Source: an uncultured Parcubacteria group bacterium
Lineage (GTDB): Bacteria; Patescibacteriota; Minisyncoccia; UBA6257; 2-01-FULL-56-20
Direction: 5' to 3'
NCBI GenBank assembly: GCA_903944135.1
Contig: CAJAQL010000016.1
Location: 1,903-65,902, forward strand
Length of the DNA stretch: 64,000 nt
Of the stretch, positions 52,956 to 63,284 are shown one piece after another. The notes beneath the pieces are model-generated. The model was given only the letters and a program-made list of their open reading frames with translations, did not search any database and was not told the origin of the DNA. A program made the position numbers and the translations under genes. Position 1 is the stretch's first letter. Every line of letters starts with the position of its first letter.

Positions 52956-55115
52956 ATGGTAAAAAAAGGTAATAACGAATCAAATAAACCTAAAGACCCG
53001 TCCTTCGAAGCTTCGGCAAAGAAGGAACGGCCGCATATCAAACCGCCGGAGATCCGGCCACGGCCGAAGATGAGCGACGAACGCCGACGCGAATTATTGC
53101 GCCCGGTCCGCCGCTCCGCAGGAATCAACCAATCAACAAGCAACGGCCCGCACCCGCAGCGTCCCGTTGAAAACACCGGCAATGCTCGACCCGATGGGAA
53201 TGCCCATGGGCATCCAGCAGAGCACAACAATCCGCCGCGGCCTTTGCGCCATTTCTCGACCGAAGACCTTCATCGGCAGAACTTTGCCGGCGGTCATCTG
53301 CAGGGCTCGAACCATGCCCACCGACCCGTCACGAATGGATCACGGCAAGGAGGACGGCCCATGCCGCGCCCCTCGCGAGGAGGCTCATCTGAACTTGTCC
53401 ACAGCAATTTCGGCCAAGCCACCAAACCGAGTCCGGCGTCCCATAACAGAAATGAAGAGGCGCTCCGCCTTATTCCGCTCGGCGGACTCGAGGAGATCGG
53501 ACGCAATTGCTCGTTCTTCGAATATAAGAATGAGATCATTATTATTGATATCGGCCTCCAATTCCCCGAAGAGGAAACGCCAGGCATCGACTATATCATC
53601 CCGAACGTCTCGTATCTCGAAAAGCGGAAAGAAAATATCAGCGCGATCATCCTGACGCATGGCCACTATGATCACATCGGCGGCTTGCCGCACGTACTCG
53701 AAAAACTCGGCAATCCCCCGATCTACACGACCGGAATGACGAAAGCGATCATCGAAAAACGCCAGGAAGATTTTCCGAACGCGCCGAAGCTCCATGTGAT
53801 CACCGTCAAGAACGGCGACGACGTAAAGTTTTCGAATCATTTCACGGGACATTTCTTCGGCGTGCCGCACACCATACCGGAGTCATGCGGCGTGATGCTC
53901 AAAACGCCGATCGGCAATATCGTTCACTTTGGCGACTTCCGTATCGAATATGATGCCCAAGGCCGCGCGCAAGGACTGGAGGAGTTCGCAGAGATCGGGA
54001 AGATGGGAATCCATACCTTCCTGTGCGAAAGCACGAATGCCGATAAGCCCGGACGGTCGCTTTCAGAAGAAACGGTCGAGAAGCATCTCGATGAGATATT
54101 CTCCGCCGCAAAAGGACGGATCATCGTTGCAACGTTCGCGTCGCTCCTTGTCCGCGTCGCGGAGATCATCAGGATAGCCGAGAAGCTCAATCGCAAGGTT
54201 GCTCTTTCCGGCTACTCCATGAAAACGAACATCCAGATCGCACAGAACTTGGGCTATCTCAAGGCGAAGGAAGGGACCATCATCCCCATCGAAGACGCGC
54301 ATCGCGTGAAGGACGATCATCTTCTCGTCCTCTCGACCGGCGCACAGGGCGAATCGAACGCGAGCCTTATGAAGATCATCACCGGCGAGCACCGCCAGAT
54401 CAAGATCAAGCCGGGAGACACGCTCGTCCTGTCGTCATCGGTCATTCCGGGTAACGAAAGCAGCGTGCAGGTGGTAAAAGACAATTTAGCGCGGCAAGGG
54501 GCGATCATCTTCACCTCGAATCTTGTGGACATCCACGCTTCCGGGCATGCGCCAAAGGAGGATCTCCAACTCGCCATGAGCCTCATCAAGCCGAAGTTCC
54601 TGATGCCGGTCCACGGCTATTACTACCAGCGCAACGTGAACGCCCAGAATGCGATCGAGGCCGGTATCCCGCGGGAAAACATCCGCATGATGGACAACGG
54701 CCAGGTCGCCGAGCTCACCAAAGATGATTTCAAGATCACGGATGAAACTGTTCCCGCATTCTACGTCATGGTTGACGGTCTCGGCGTCGGCGACGTCGAA
54801 GAGGTCGTTCTGCGCGATCGCCGCGCTTTGGCGCAGGAAGGCATGATCGTCATTATCTCAACGATCAATCGCGACAAAGGAACGCTTATCAAGAATCCCG
54901 ACATCATCTCACGCGGGTTCATCTATCTCAAAGAAAATCAGGAGCTCGTCGACGAGATCCGTAAACGCGTAAAAGGACTCACTCAGCGCATTCCAAATTA
55001 CAAGGAGATCGATCCCGACTATCTGAAAACCTTGATCCGCGACCAGGTCGGCCAGTTTGTCTACAATAAGACCCGGCGGCGCCCCATGATATTGCCGGTG
55101 ATCATCGAGATATAA
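52956..55115 (+). CDS. rnj: Ribonuclease J with a long N-terminal extension
   Basis: PLGGLEEIGRN, THGHYDHIG, ESTNA, HASGH, PVHG, RRRPMILPVI. Confidence 0.95.
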   Translation: MVKKGNNESNKPKDPSFEASAKKERPHIKPPEIRPRPKMSDERRRELLRPVRRSAGINQSTSNGPHPQRPVENTGNARPDGNAHGHPAEHNNPPRPLRHFSTEDLHRQNFAGGHLQGSNHAHRPVTNGSRQGGRPMPRPSRGGSSELVHSNFGQATKPSPASHNRNEEALRLIPLGGLEEIGRNCSFFEYKNEIIIIDIGLQFPEEETPGIDYIIPNVSYLEKRKENISAIILTHGHYDHIGGLPHVLEKLGNPPIYTTGMTKAIIEKRQEDFPNAPKLHVITVKNGDDVKFSNHFTGHFFGVPHTIPESCGVMLKTPIGNIVHFGDFRIEYDAQGRAQGLEEFAEIGKMGIHTFLCESTNADKPGRSLSEETVEKHLDEIFSAAKGRIIVATFASLLVRVAEIIRIAEKLNRKVALSGYSMKTNIQIAQNLGYLKAKEGTIIPIEDAHRVKDDHLLVLSTGAQGESNASLMKIITGEHRQIKIKPGDTLVLSSSVIPGNESSVQVVKDNLARQGAIIFTSNLVDIHASGHAPKEDLQLAMSLIKPKFLMPVHGYYYQRNVNAQNAIEAGIPRENIRMMDNGQVAELTKDDFKITDETVPAFYVMVDGLGVGDVEEVVLRDRRALAQEGMIVIISTINRDKGTLIKNPDIISRGFIYLKENQELVDEIRKRVKGLTQRIPNYKEIDPDYLKTLIRDQVGQFVYNKTRRRPMILPVIIEI

Positions 55116-55123
55116 AATTGTCC

Positions 55124-55166
55124 GTAAAAAATATCGCAGGCCCAGAAGGTCTGCGATATTTTTTAC
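55124..55166 (+). terminator. rnj terminator
   Basis: GTAAAAAATATCGCAG...CTGCGATATTTTTTAC. Confidence 0.75.
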
Positions 55167-55395
55167 TCAAGGAAAGATATTATTGAACCGTCGGCATGAG
55201 CGCGGAAACCATGATCCGCAAACCAATTTTATTCAAGATGAAAAGAAATATTAATTGATCAAATACTTGACTAATTATTTATAATTTGATATAAATATGC
55301 CAGATTTTTGGAAGTAACCCGAGAACAGCTCGACGTGCAATATCCCGCATATCGCCCGACGAGCTGTTCTCAGAGAGGACGGCCAGGAGAAGAAG

Positions 55396-55833
55396 ATGAT
55401 TTATTTGGTGGTTATCCTCGTTATCGCGCTGGTGATCTGTGTTCTGAAACTCAAGAACCGAACCGAGCAATACGCCAAGAACCTGGCGGCGGCAACCGCG
55501 CCAAAACCCTTCGGTCTCGAGCAGCTGAAAACCGTTGCCGAGCAAATCTCGCTCACCGCAGAAACAGTGCGCGCCGCGATCGTGGCAGCTACCGTAGCCG
55601 GCATGAAAAACTGCGTCGCCGGCGACATCAAGGCGAGACAATTAGCGATTGGACGCGACATTGCAAGCGCCAACGATCGCATCCATAACGGCGAGGCCGC
55701 GATCGAGAGCCTCAAACAGAGCATCTCCCGTGAACGCCACAACATTCAATTGTATGAAGCCGGCGATACATATCTGACGGAGATCGCCGCTCTTCTGCCT
55801 CCCGCACCAGCCGCCGAAAGCGAGAAGAAGTAA
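55396..55833 (+). CDS. Membrane-anchored coiled-coil hypothetical protein
   Basis: AGGAG SD, N-terminal TM, helical body; own promoter and terminator (55857-55885). Confidence 0.7.
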   Translation: MIYLVVILVIALVICVLKLKNRTEQYAKNLAAATAPKPFGLEQLKTVAEQISLTAETVRAAIVAATVAGMKNCVAGDIKARQLAIGRDIASANDRIHNGEAAIESLKQSISRERHNIQLYEAGDTYLTEIAALLPPAPAAESEKK

Positions 55834-55908
55834 TTTCCTCCCGGCCACCGGCGGTCACAGCCCACACCTGAAAGGTGTGGGCTGTTTCATTTTTATAACC
55901 ATGCCTTT

Positions 55909-58900
55909 TTATAACTTCAGCAGGCCAACCCATGTTTCCTTGCCTTCCCACTTTCCGGATTCCTCAGCATCGAACTTTTCAGAACGGGTATAAAGAATGT
56001 TTTTGGCGCCGATATCAGCAAGAAAAACTTTTTCACTTGCGCGCAAAGCGTCGAGCGCCTCCTGGGGTGCAACGATAAAAATCGCAATTCTATCTTTCGG
56101 CTGAAGTTCCGCCTTCTGGCGAAGCTCCTGTGCCATGCGCGCGAAGTCGCGGCGAATGCCTTCCATGCGAAGTTCCGCCGTGATCACAATATCAAGCGAG
56201 ACATCGCCTTTTAGTTTCTTGTCAACCAATATCTTTTTGACATTCACTTCATCAGCAAGGATCTGTTCAACGCCCTTTTCAAGCTTGATGCCGATCGTCA
56301 TCGAGGCAAGCGGCTGGCGAACCTTGATCCCCGCCGCAACGCGTTTTGCGAGACCGAGCGTCGAAAAATCACGCACCATTTTCATGCCTGCGATCAATTT
56401 TTTATCGATTGCTTTTTTATCGATCACCGGCCATTCATCCAAATGCACGGATTCCTTCTTGCCGCCAAGCGCACCGTAAAGCGCTTCCGAGAAGAACGGC
56501 GTAAAGGGCGCCATGATCTTCACGAGCGAGAGCAGGACGAAACCGAGCGTTGCGGAAGCGGCCTCGTAATCCTTTTTGTCTTCGGGCCGCTGAAGCCGGC
56601 GCCGCGAACGGCGGATATACCAGCGCGAGAGATCGTCAACGAAGCCATCGATCTCAAGAGCCGCCTCGCGAACCTCGTACTTTTCCAATTTTTTCGTAAC
56701 GGCATCCGTCAGTTCATTGAGGCGCGCCGCGATCCAAAGGTCCAAAACATTTTTTGACTGCGTTTTTATTTTTGCGTTCTGATCCGCATACGTTTTCCAG
56801 AAAACGAACGAATTGTAAACAATGAGATGCATCTTGCGGAGCGTCTTGCCGACCTCCTCTTCGTCGAAGTTCTTCGGCTCGCCGAACGGCGTGCCGGTAT
56901 AGAAATACCAGCGCACCGCATCCGTGCCATACTTATCGATCACCGAGAACGGTTCAATGATATTCCCTTTGGATTTTGACATCTTGTTTCCGAACTTATC
57001 GTTCAGCAGTCCAAAAGTGATCACGTTGCGATAGGGCGCCGGATAGCCGAGCGCGGTCGAGATGGCAAGCATGGTATAGAACCAGCCGCGCAGCTGGTCC
57101 ATGCCCTCGGCGATATAATCGGCCGGGAACGGATAATCTTTCGTCATCGCCACCTGTTTCGATTTTCCTGATGTTTTTTTCGCACCTTCGAAGGGAAAAT
57201 GCATCTGTGCAAAAGGCATGGCGCCGGAGTCGTACCAGACATCCGCTACGGTCGGAACGCGCCGCAGAACGCCGCCGCATTTTTTACACGGCATCACGAT
57301 CTCGTCAACGAACGGACGATGGATATCCACTTCACCGCTGCCATTGCGCGGAACCATTTTCACCTTAAGCGGCTGTATTTCCGCAAAACCAAGAAAGTCA
57401 CGGCCGCGTTTCTCTTTTTCCGCGACTGCCCGCTTTTCGCTCCATGCTTCGCCGGACGTAAAAAGCATCCATGACGGATATTCATGCGTCACGATCAGGA
57501 TATTTTTGCCCTCATACTTCGCCTCGCAATCCTTCAAAAAATCCCAAACTCGCACGCGGACATCCCTGAGCGATTCTCCGCCTTCCGGTCGCGTCTCGAA
57601 ACGGGATTCGTAGGTCGGGAAATCCTTACTGTATTTCGCATCATGATTGCCGGCCAAGGTCGGTCCCAGATGGATCTCTTCAAGCCGCTTATCGAGCATA
57701 ACCTTTTCTCCCGCAAAGACCGACTCGTCAATTTCCTCCGTTTCGTGCGTCCGCGTCACATCTGACGCAATGATCATATCAAGCTTTATCTTCTTCGTTG
57801 CAAGTTCTTTCTTGAATTTTGTGATCGAAACAAGCACCTGCTTCCGGCCGCGCGGCGTGAGATGCAGATATTTCCGTTCGCCCGAATCAATGATGTCGAA
57901 CATATTGCTCTCCGCCTCGCCGTGCCGCATCACCCAATAACGATTCCTTGAACCGCCGACGAGATGATCCAGTTCATCCAATCCCCCGACCACTTCCCGG
58001 TGATCGCACTTCGCGCATTCCCAGATCGGCAGCGGGGCACCCCAATACCGTTCGCGTGAAAGGTTCCAATCTTTCGTTTCCCGCAGCCATTCTCCCATCC
58101 GGCCGTCGCGAATGTATTCCGGCATCCAATTGATGTTCTTGTTCCGCTCCAAAAGCTCGCCGCGCAATGTGCTCATGGCAATGAACCACGACGTACGCGC
58201 GTAGTACAAAAGCGCCGTGCCGCATCGCCAGCAATGCGGATATTCATGCTCGTACTTTTCCGTGCGCAGGAAGTTTCCGTTCCGCTTCAGGTGTTCGAAC
58301 ACTTTTTCGTCCGTGGCGTTCGATTTCGCATAGAGGCCCGCAAGTTCCGGAACGTCATCCGTGAATCTCCCTTCTTCGTTCACCGTATGATGTTCCGGTA
58401 ATCCGACTTTCTTGCCAAGCGCGTAGTCATCTTCGCCGTACATCACGGCTGTATGCACCACGCCCGTACCGTCGGTCGTCGTCACGAAATCTGCAGGATA
58501 AATCTTATAGGACTTTTCCGAGCGAAGCGGCCTTACGTCAAAGAGCGGCTCGTATGCAAGGCCAACAAGGTCATTTCCCTTGATATCGTCATGGACTATT
58601 TCTATGAGTTCATCTTTAAAAACGGTTTTTACGAGGTCACGCGCAACAATATAAAGCTCGTCGATCCCATGGATGCGGAATGCGGTGTATGATATTTTTT
58701 CACCCACTGCGAGCGCGACATTTCCCGGCAAGGTCCACGGCGTCGTGGTCCACGACAGAATATAAATCTTTTCATCGGTTGTGAAATCACTGATTTTTTG
58801 TCGCGCCTTCAATTTGAATTTCACATAGACCGAATTGTCCTGCACGAGTTTGTATCCCTGGGCCAGCTCGTGGGTTGAGAGCGCCGTACCGCACCGCGTG

Positions 58901-59532
58901 CACCACGAGATGATCTTATGCCCTTTATAAAGCAATCTCCTTTTTTCGATCTCCGCGAGCGACCACCAGACCGTCTCGATATATTCCGGCGCGTAGGTCA
59001 CGTAAGCATTCTTCAGATCAAGCCAGTAACCAATGCGCTCCGTAAGATGCTCCCACGCATCTTTGTAGATCCACACCTGTTCTTTTGCTTTTTCATTGAA
59101 CTTTTCGATGCCGTACGCTTCGATGTCTTTTTTCGACTTAAAGCCAAGCGCTTTTTCCGCAGCCATTTCGACCGGTAATCCATGCGTATCCCATCCCGCT
59201 CGGCGCGGAACGTGATAACCCCGCATCGTTTTATAGCGGAGCATCACGTCTTTCACGACACGCCCGATCACATGGTGCATTGCCGGCCGGCCATTTGCGT
59301 ACGGCGGCCCTTCGTAAAAAATGAAGTCCTTCTTGGCGCGGCCCCTGCCCTTTGGCGCATTTTTTGCAACCGATTTCTCGAATATCTGATGTTCTTTCCA
59401 AAACGCCAAAACCCTTTCTTCTGACTGTGGTAAATTGAACTCACTGGTCAAAAAATCCGGCCGCACAAAGACCGGCACTTTTTCATTCACCCGCCTCACC
59501 GATTTTGATTTTTTTAAGGATTTCCGTTGCAT
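55909..59532 (-). CDS. ileS: Isoleucine--tRNA ligase (type 2) with an inserted histidine-phosphatase domain
   Basis: GPPYANG, GWDTHGLP, WTTTPWTLP, HCWRC, SRERYWG, DQLRGWF, KMSKS; internal RHGE. Confidence 0.95.
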   Translation of the reverse strand: MQRKSLKKSKSVRRVNEKVPVFVRPDFLTSEFNLPQSEERVLAFWKEHQIFEKSVAKNAPKGRGRAKKDFIFYEGPPYANGRPAMHHVIGRVVKDVMLRYKTMRGYHVPRRAGWDTHGLPVEMAAEKALGFKSKKDIEAYGIEKFNEKAKEQVWIYKDAWEHLTERIGYWLDLKNAYVTYAPEYIETVWWSLAEIEKRRLLYKGHKIISWCTRCGTALSTHELAQGYKLVQDNSVYVKFKLKARQKISDFTTDEKIYILSWTTTPWTLPGNVALAVGEKISYTAFRIHGIDELYIVARDLVKTVFKDELIEIVHDDIKGNDLVGLAYEPLFDVRPLRSEKSYKIYPADFVTTTDGTGVVHTAVMYGEDDYALGKKVGLPEHHTVNEEGRFTDDVPELAGLYAKSNATDEKVFEHLKRNGNFLRTEKYEHEYPHCWRCGTALLYYARTSWFIAMSTLRGELLERNKNINWMPEYIRDGRMGEWLRETKDWNLSRERYWGAPLPIWECAKCDHREVVGGLDELDHLVGGSRNRYWVMRHGEAESNMFDIIDSGERKYLHLTPRGRKQVLVSITKFKKELATKKIKLDMIIASDVTRTHETEEIDESVFAGEKVMLDKRLEEIHLGPTLAGNHDAKYSKDFPTYESRFETRPEGGESLRDVRVRVWDFLKDCEAKYEGKNILIVTHEYPSWMLFTSGEAWSEKRAVAEKEKRGRDFLGFAEIQPLKVKMVPRNGSGEVDIHRPFVDEIVMPCKKCGGVLRRVPTVADVWYDSGAMPFAQMHFPFEGAKKTSGKSKQVAMTKDYPFPADYIAEGMDQLRGWFYTMLAISTALGYPAPYRNVITFGLLNDKFGNKMSKSKGNIIEPFSVIDKYGTDAVRWYFYTGTPFGEPKNFDEEEVGKTLRKMHLIVYNSFVFWKTYADQNAKIKTQSKNVLDLWIAARLNELTDAVTKKLEKYEVREAALEIDGFVDDLSRWYIRRSRRRLQRPEDKKDYEAASATLGFVLLSLVKIMAPFTPFFSEALYGALGGKKESVHLDEWPVIDKKAIDKKLIAGMKMVRDFSTLGLAKRVAAGIKVRQPLASMTIGIKLEKGVEQILADEVNVKKILVDKKLKGDVSLDIVITAELRMEGIRRDFARMAQELRQKAELQPKDRIAIFIVAPQEALDALRASEKVFLADIGAKNILYTRSEKFDAEESGKWEGKETWVGLLKL

Positions 59533-59662
59533 ATCCTATAAAAATACCAGAAAAATGGGCAAATTTCAAAGTATCAATCCTTATAATATGCGTATATGAA
59601 TATATCAACATCATGGATCGATATTTGTCGCAGAAAGTTCAAAAATACGTTAAACTATCGCT

Positions 59663-61510
59663 ATGATCGAAGATGAAATAAGAGCAGCCGTCAAAAACGC
59701 CGCCGCAGAAGATGATATTGCGATCAGCGATCATGATATCAAGCTTGAACATCCCGCACTCGCGGAACATGGCGATTTTGCAACGAACCTCGCATTCCTG
59801 CTCGCAAAAAAACTTCGCAGGCAGCCCATGGAGATCGCCCGATCGATTGCCCGCGGCATTTCGTCGCCGCTCATCGCAAAAACCGAGGTCGCCGCGCCGG
59901 GGTTCATTAACCTTTGGCTCTCCGATGATTTTCTGAAAAAGGAAACTGCGGACATCATAACGGCGGGCTGTCGCTACGGTGCGCCGCAAAAGAAAAACCA
60001 GCGCGTGCTTGTGGAACATACGCAGATCAATCCCAACAAAGAGCCGCATATCGGCCACCTCCGAAATGCTTGCATCGGCGACGCGCTCATGAAGCTCTAT
60101 CATTTCGCCGCGTACGACGCCAAGGCGCTCTATTATCACAATGATGTCGGCCAGCAAATCGCATCGATCCTTCTTGCAGAGAAAAAAGCATTCGTAAAAT
60201 CGGACGGCTTTCCTACGACCATTGCATGGGCATCGGCGGCGTATACCGATATTGAAAAAAGGATGGAAGAAGACGAATCGTTAAAGAAAGAAAAAGAAAA
60301 GATCCAGATCGCGATCGCCGCCCAGGACACCAAGGAAGCGGCGCGCGCCGAAAAGCTTACGCTCGAGATATTGCATGAGACGCTCGATGTTCTCGCCAAG
60401 CTCAATATTTCCTATGACCTTATTGTCCGTGAAAGCGACATCCTGAAAGGAAAACTATGGGAACAGACATTTGAACTCCTGAAGACAAAATCGGCGTTCT
60501 ATCGCGCGACCGATGGCGAAAAGAAGGATTGTTGGCTCATCAAGATGCCGAACGCGGAAGATAAGATCATCGTCCGCTCGAACGGCGTGCCGACCTATGC
60601 CGGCAACGATATCGCGAACCATCTTTGGAAATTCGGCATTCTTCCCGATTTCCGCTACGAAAAAATTGATTGGAAAACCCAGCCGGAGCCGCTCTATATG
60701 ACCGTATCGGCTGGCGGCGAAGCGCGGCGCGACTTTTCGCATGCGGACGCCATCGTGAATGTCATTGACCAGACGCAGACCTATCCTCAGGAAAGCGTAA
60801 TGGAATCGCTCAGAGTTCTCGGATTTACCAAGGAAGCTGATCATTATCATCACGTGAACTACGGTTTCGTCTACCTCTCCCGAAAGACAGCTGAACAGCT
60901 CGGCATGCCGGTCGAAGACGGCGCAATGCAGGTAAAGATCAGCGGCAGGAAAGGAACGACGATTTCGATCCAAACCTTCCTTGAGAAGATGAAAGATACG
61001 CTCCGGGAAAAATACGGGGAATTTTCGTCGCTTGCGGCGGTCACGAGCGGTGCCATCAAATTCGAACTTTTGAAATACAATACTTATCAGGATGTTGTGT
61101 TCGATCTCGATGCCGCGCTCGATATCCACGGCATGAGCGGTCCCTATGTCCAGTACGCAGCCACGCGCGCAAAAAGCATTCTTGCAAAAGCATCGGAAAA
61201 ATATCGATCGGAAAAAGCGGCAGTGATCTCCATGCTCGGAACCGACGCCCTTCCGGAGAGCGAGAAAACGATCATCCGCACGCTCTATCGTTTTCCGGAG
61301 GTTGTTACAGCCTCATTGAACGATTTTGCGCCTCACTATCTCTGTCTCTATCTTTTCGAGCTTTCCCAAACCTGGAACTCTTTCTATAACGAAAACAGGA
61401 TCATCGGCTCGGAGCGGGAAGCAGAACGGATCATGCTCACGCGAAGCGTCATACAAATCCTCGAGAACGGCCTTGGCCTCCTTGGCATTGAAGCTCCGGA
61501 AAAAATGTAG
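59663..61510 (+). CDS. argS: Arginine--tRNA ligase
   Basis: PGFIN, NPNKEPHIGHLRN, SGRKG, GPYVQYA..R..SI, LLGIEAPEKM. Confidence 0.95.
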   Translation: MIEDEIRAAVKNAAAEDDIAISDHDIKLEHPALAEHGDFATNLAFLLAKKLRRQPMEIARSIARGISSPLIAKTEVAAPGFINLWLSDDFLKKETADIITAGCRYGAPQKKNQRVLVEHTQINPNKEPHIGHLRNACIGDALMKLYHFAAYDAKALYYHNDVGQQIASILLAEKKAFVKSDGFPTTIAWASAAYTDIEKRMEEDESLKKEKEKIQIAIAAQDTKEAARAEKLTLEILHETLDVLAKLNISYDLIVRESDILKGKLWEQTFELLKTKSAFYRATDGEKKDCWLIKMPNAEDKIIVRSNGVPTYAGNDIANHLWKFGILPDFRYEKIDWKTQPEPLYMTVSAGGEARRDFSHADAIVNVIDQTQTYPQESVMESLRVLGFTKEADHYHHVNYGFVYLSRKTAEQLGMPVEDGAMQVKISGRKGTTISIQTFLEKMKDTLREKYGEFSSLAAVTSGAIKFELLKYNTYQDVVFDLDAALDIHGMSGPYVQYAATRAKSILAKASEKYRSEKAAVISMLGTDALPESEKTIIRTLYRFPEVVTASLNDFAPHYLCLYLFELSQTWNSFYNENRIIGSEREAERIMLTRSVIQILENGLGLLGIEAPEKM

Positions 61511-61760
61511 CGATATTTGCGTTGTGCCGCTTCTTTTTACCGTCGTCGCGGAAAGCGTGGACTCCCCTGCTTTTAAAGAAGAAAAAAGCCCGCGGTCCAA
61601 CTGCGTGGGCCATGTAACAAGAAAGAATCTCGCGATCATCGCTTGTGTTAGAATATAAATTGAGCGGCGTCGAGCTACTGTCCGACCGGACAGAAAAAGG
61701 AGCCAGCGCCCACGGTTTCCCATGCTCCGCCGCTCCTTTTTTAAAAGACTCTCATTATCC

Positions 61761-62204
61761 ATGCCAACCCCATCAACCATTACGGAAAATCGCCGCGCGA
61801 CGTTCGACTACGAATTCAAGGAAAGATTTGAGGCCGGCATTGAACTCCGCGGAAATGAAGTAAAAAGCGCCAAAGGCGGGCATTTCCAGATCGCCGGTTC
61901 GCAGGTTCTGATCCGCGGCGGCGAAGCTTGGCTCGTAAATTCCCATATACCACCGTATCAACCCAAGAATACACCCGAAGGATATATCGAAGATCGCGCA
62001 CGAAAACTCCTGCTCACCACAAACGAAATAAAGAGCATTACCGGCGCATTGCAGGATAAAAGCCGGCGCCTTATCCCCTTGCGCGCGTATCTCAAAAACG
62101 GCTTCATAAAGCTGGATCTTGGCCTCGGCAGTATTCGCAGGAAGTCCGACAAGCGCGAAGCATTGAAAAAACGCGCCCATATCCGCGAAATGCGGACCCT
62201 GTAA
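61761..62204 (+). CDS. smpB: SsrA-binding protein
   Basis: NRRA.FDY, EAGIEL.G.EVKS, RKLLL, DKRE. Confidence 0.94.
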   Translation: MPTPSTITENRRATFDYEFKERFEAGIELRGNEVKSAKGGHFQIAGSQVLIRGGEAWLVNSHIPPYQPKNTPEGYIEDRARKLLLTTNEIKSITGALQDKSRRLIPLRAYLKNGFIKLDLGLGSIRRKSDKREALKKRAHIREMRTL

Positions 62205-62288
62205 ACAATTGCCTTGAAATTTATTTTGAAACTCCTGTGCAAAACTTTTCTTGTGAAACCTCTCTCCCTAGGATATTATATTAAGTAA

Positions 62289-63272
62289 ATGAACTTCTTT
62301 AAAAACATATCTCGCGGCGAACAAATCGCCATCACGATCGTTGTTTTTTTTGTTTTCCTCATCCTTCCGTTGTGTATCGCGCTGATGTATTATCACGCCG
62401 GCCTTACTCTGAAACAGCAGATCTCTTCCCAATTGGAAGGTGAGAAAAGCGTTGCGAGCTCTGCGATTCAAATCAAGTTGAATCACCTTACGGACATAGC
62501 GTCATCAATGGCCGCATTGCCGAAAGTGACCGCGGATGCCGCAGCGGGACAGTGGACAGGTGCGGCGGATGCCGTGCGGGACGCGGAAAATGCCGTTTCG
62601 TTTTATGATACTTATATCGATCGCGTCGTTCTCTTTGACGGAAACGGCATCGAACAATCCGCGTACCCGACGCTCACCGGCGGAATCGGAACGAATGCCT
62701 CAAATGCGAGCTGGTACGCCACCGCGCGGCAAACCGGAACTCCGGTAGTGTCATCCGTCACCAAGCGCGGCGCGATTCCTTCTTTTGATATTATCGACAT
62801 AGCAACACCCATAAAGAACGGCGATGCCATCGTTGGATTTATCGTTCTGCAGATCCCCACAAGAAACTTCCTCGACTTCAACGATGCATTATCGATGGGA
62901 ACATACGGGTTCTCCTATATCGTCGATTCGGAAGGCAACATCGTAGCGCATCCCCGGTATTCATCAAGCGACCTCATTAATCTTGCATCGTCCGCACCGG
63001 TCAAAAATATCCTCGCCGGTCAAAGCGGAACCATGATCACCAACAATACATCGGAGAACCAGAATAATTTCCTTGTCTACGGACAGATTCCAAATTATAA
63101 TTGGGGCATTGTTATACAGGAACCTTATGATGATATTTTTGCACCCTACGAATCAATGATGAGAACCATGGAAGTTGTCGAGGTGATGTTGGGTGCGATA
63201 GATATTTTGATCTGCTACCTCGTCTTCAGATTTATCGACTCCCAAAGAAAAAAAGCGGCGGAAACGAAATAA
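62289..63272 (+). CDS. Cache-domain membrane protein with no cytoplasmic output domain
   Basis: TM, Cache-like domain (WY, IATPI, YIVDSEGNIVAHP, WGIV), TM, ~12-aa tail. Confidence 0.8.
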   Translation: MNFFKNISRGEQIAITIVVFFVFLILPLCIALMYYHAGLTLKQQISSQLEGEKSVASSAIQIKLNHLTDIASSMAALPKVTADAAAGQWTGAADAVRDAENAVSFYDTYIDRVVLFDGNGIEQSAYPTLTGGIGTNASNASWYATARQTGTPVVSSVTKRGAIPSFDIIDIATPIKNGDAIVGFIVLQIPTRNFLDFNDALSMGTYGFSYIVDSEGNIVAHPRYSSSDLINLASSAPVKNILAGQSGTMITNNTSENQNNFLVYGQIPNYNWGIVIQEPYDDIFAPYESMMRTMEVVEVMLGAIDILICYLVFRFIDSQRKKAAETK

Positions 63273-63284
63273 CACACTTATCGC

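Noticed and set aside
61510-62290. tmRNA next to smpB
   Set aside because: No GGGG 5' acceptor and T-arm/CCA 3' end pair, and no tag reading frame recognised.
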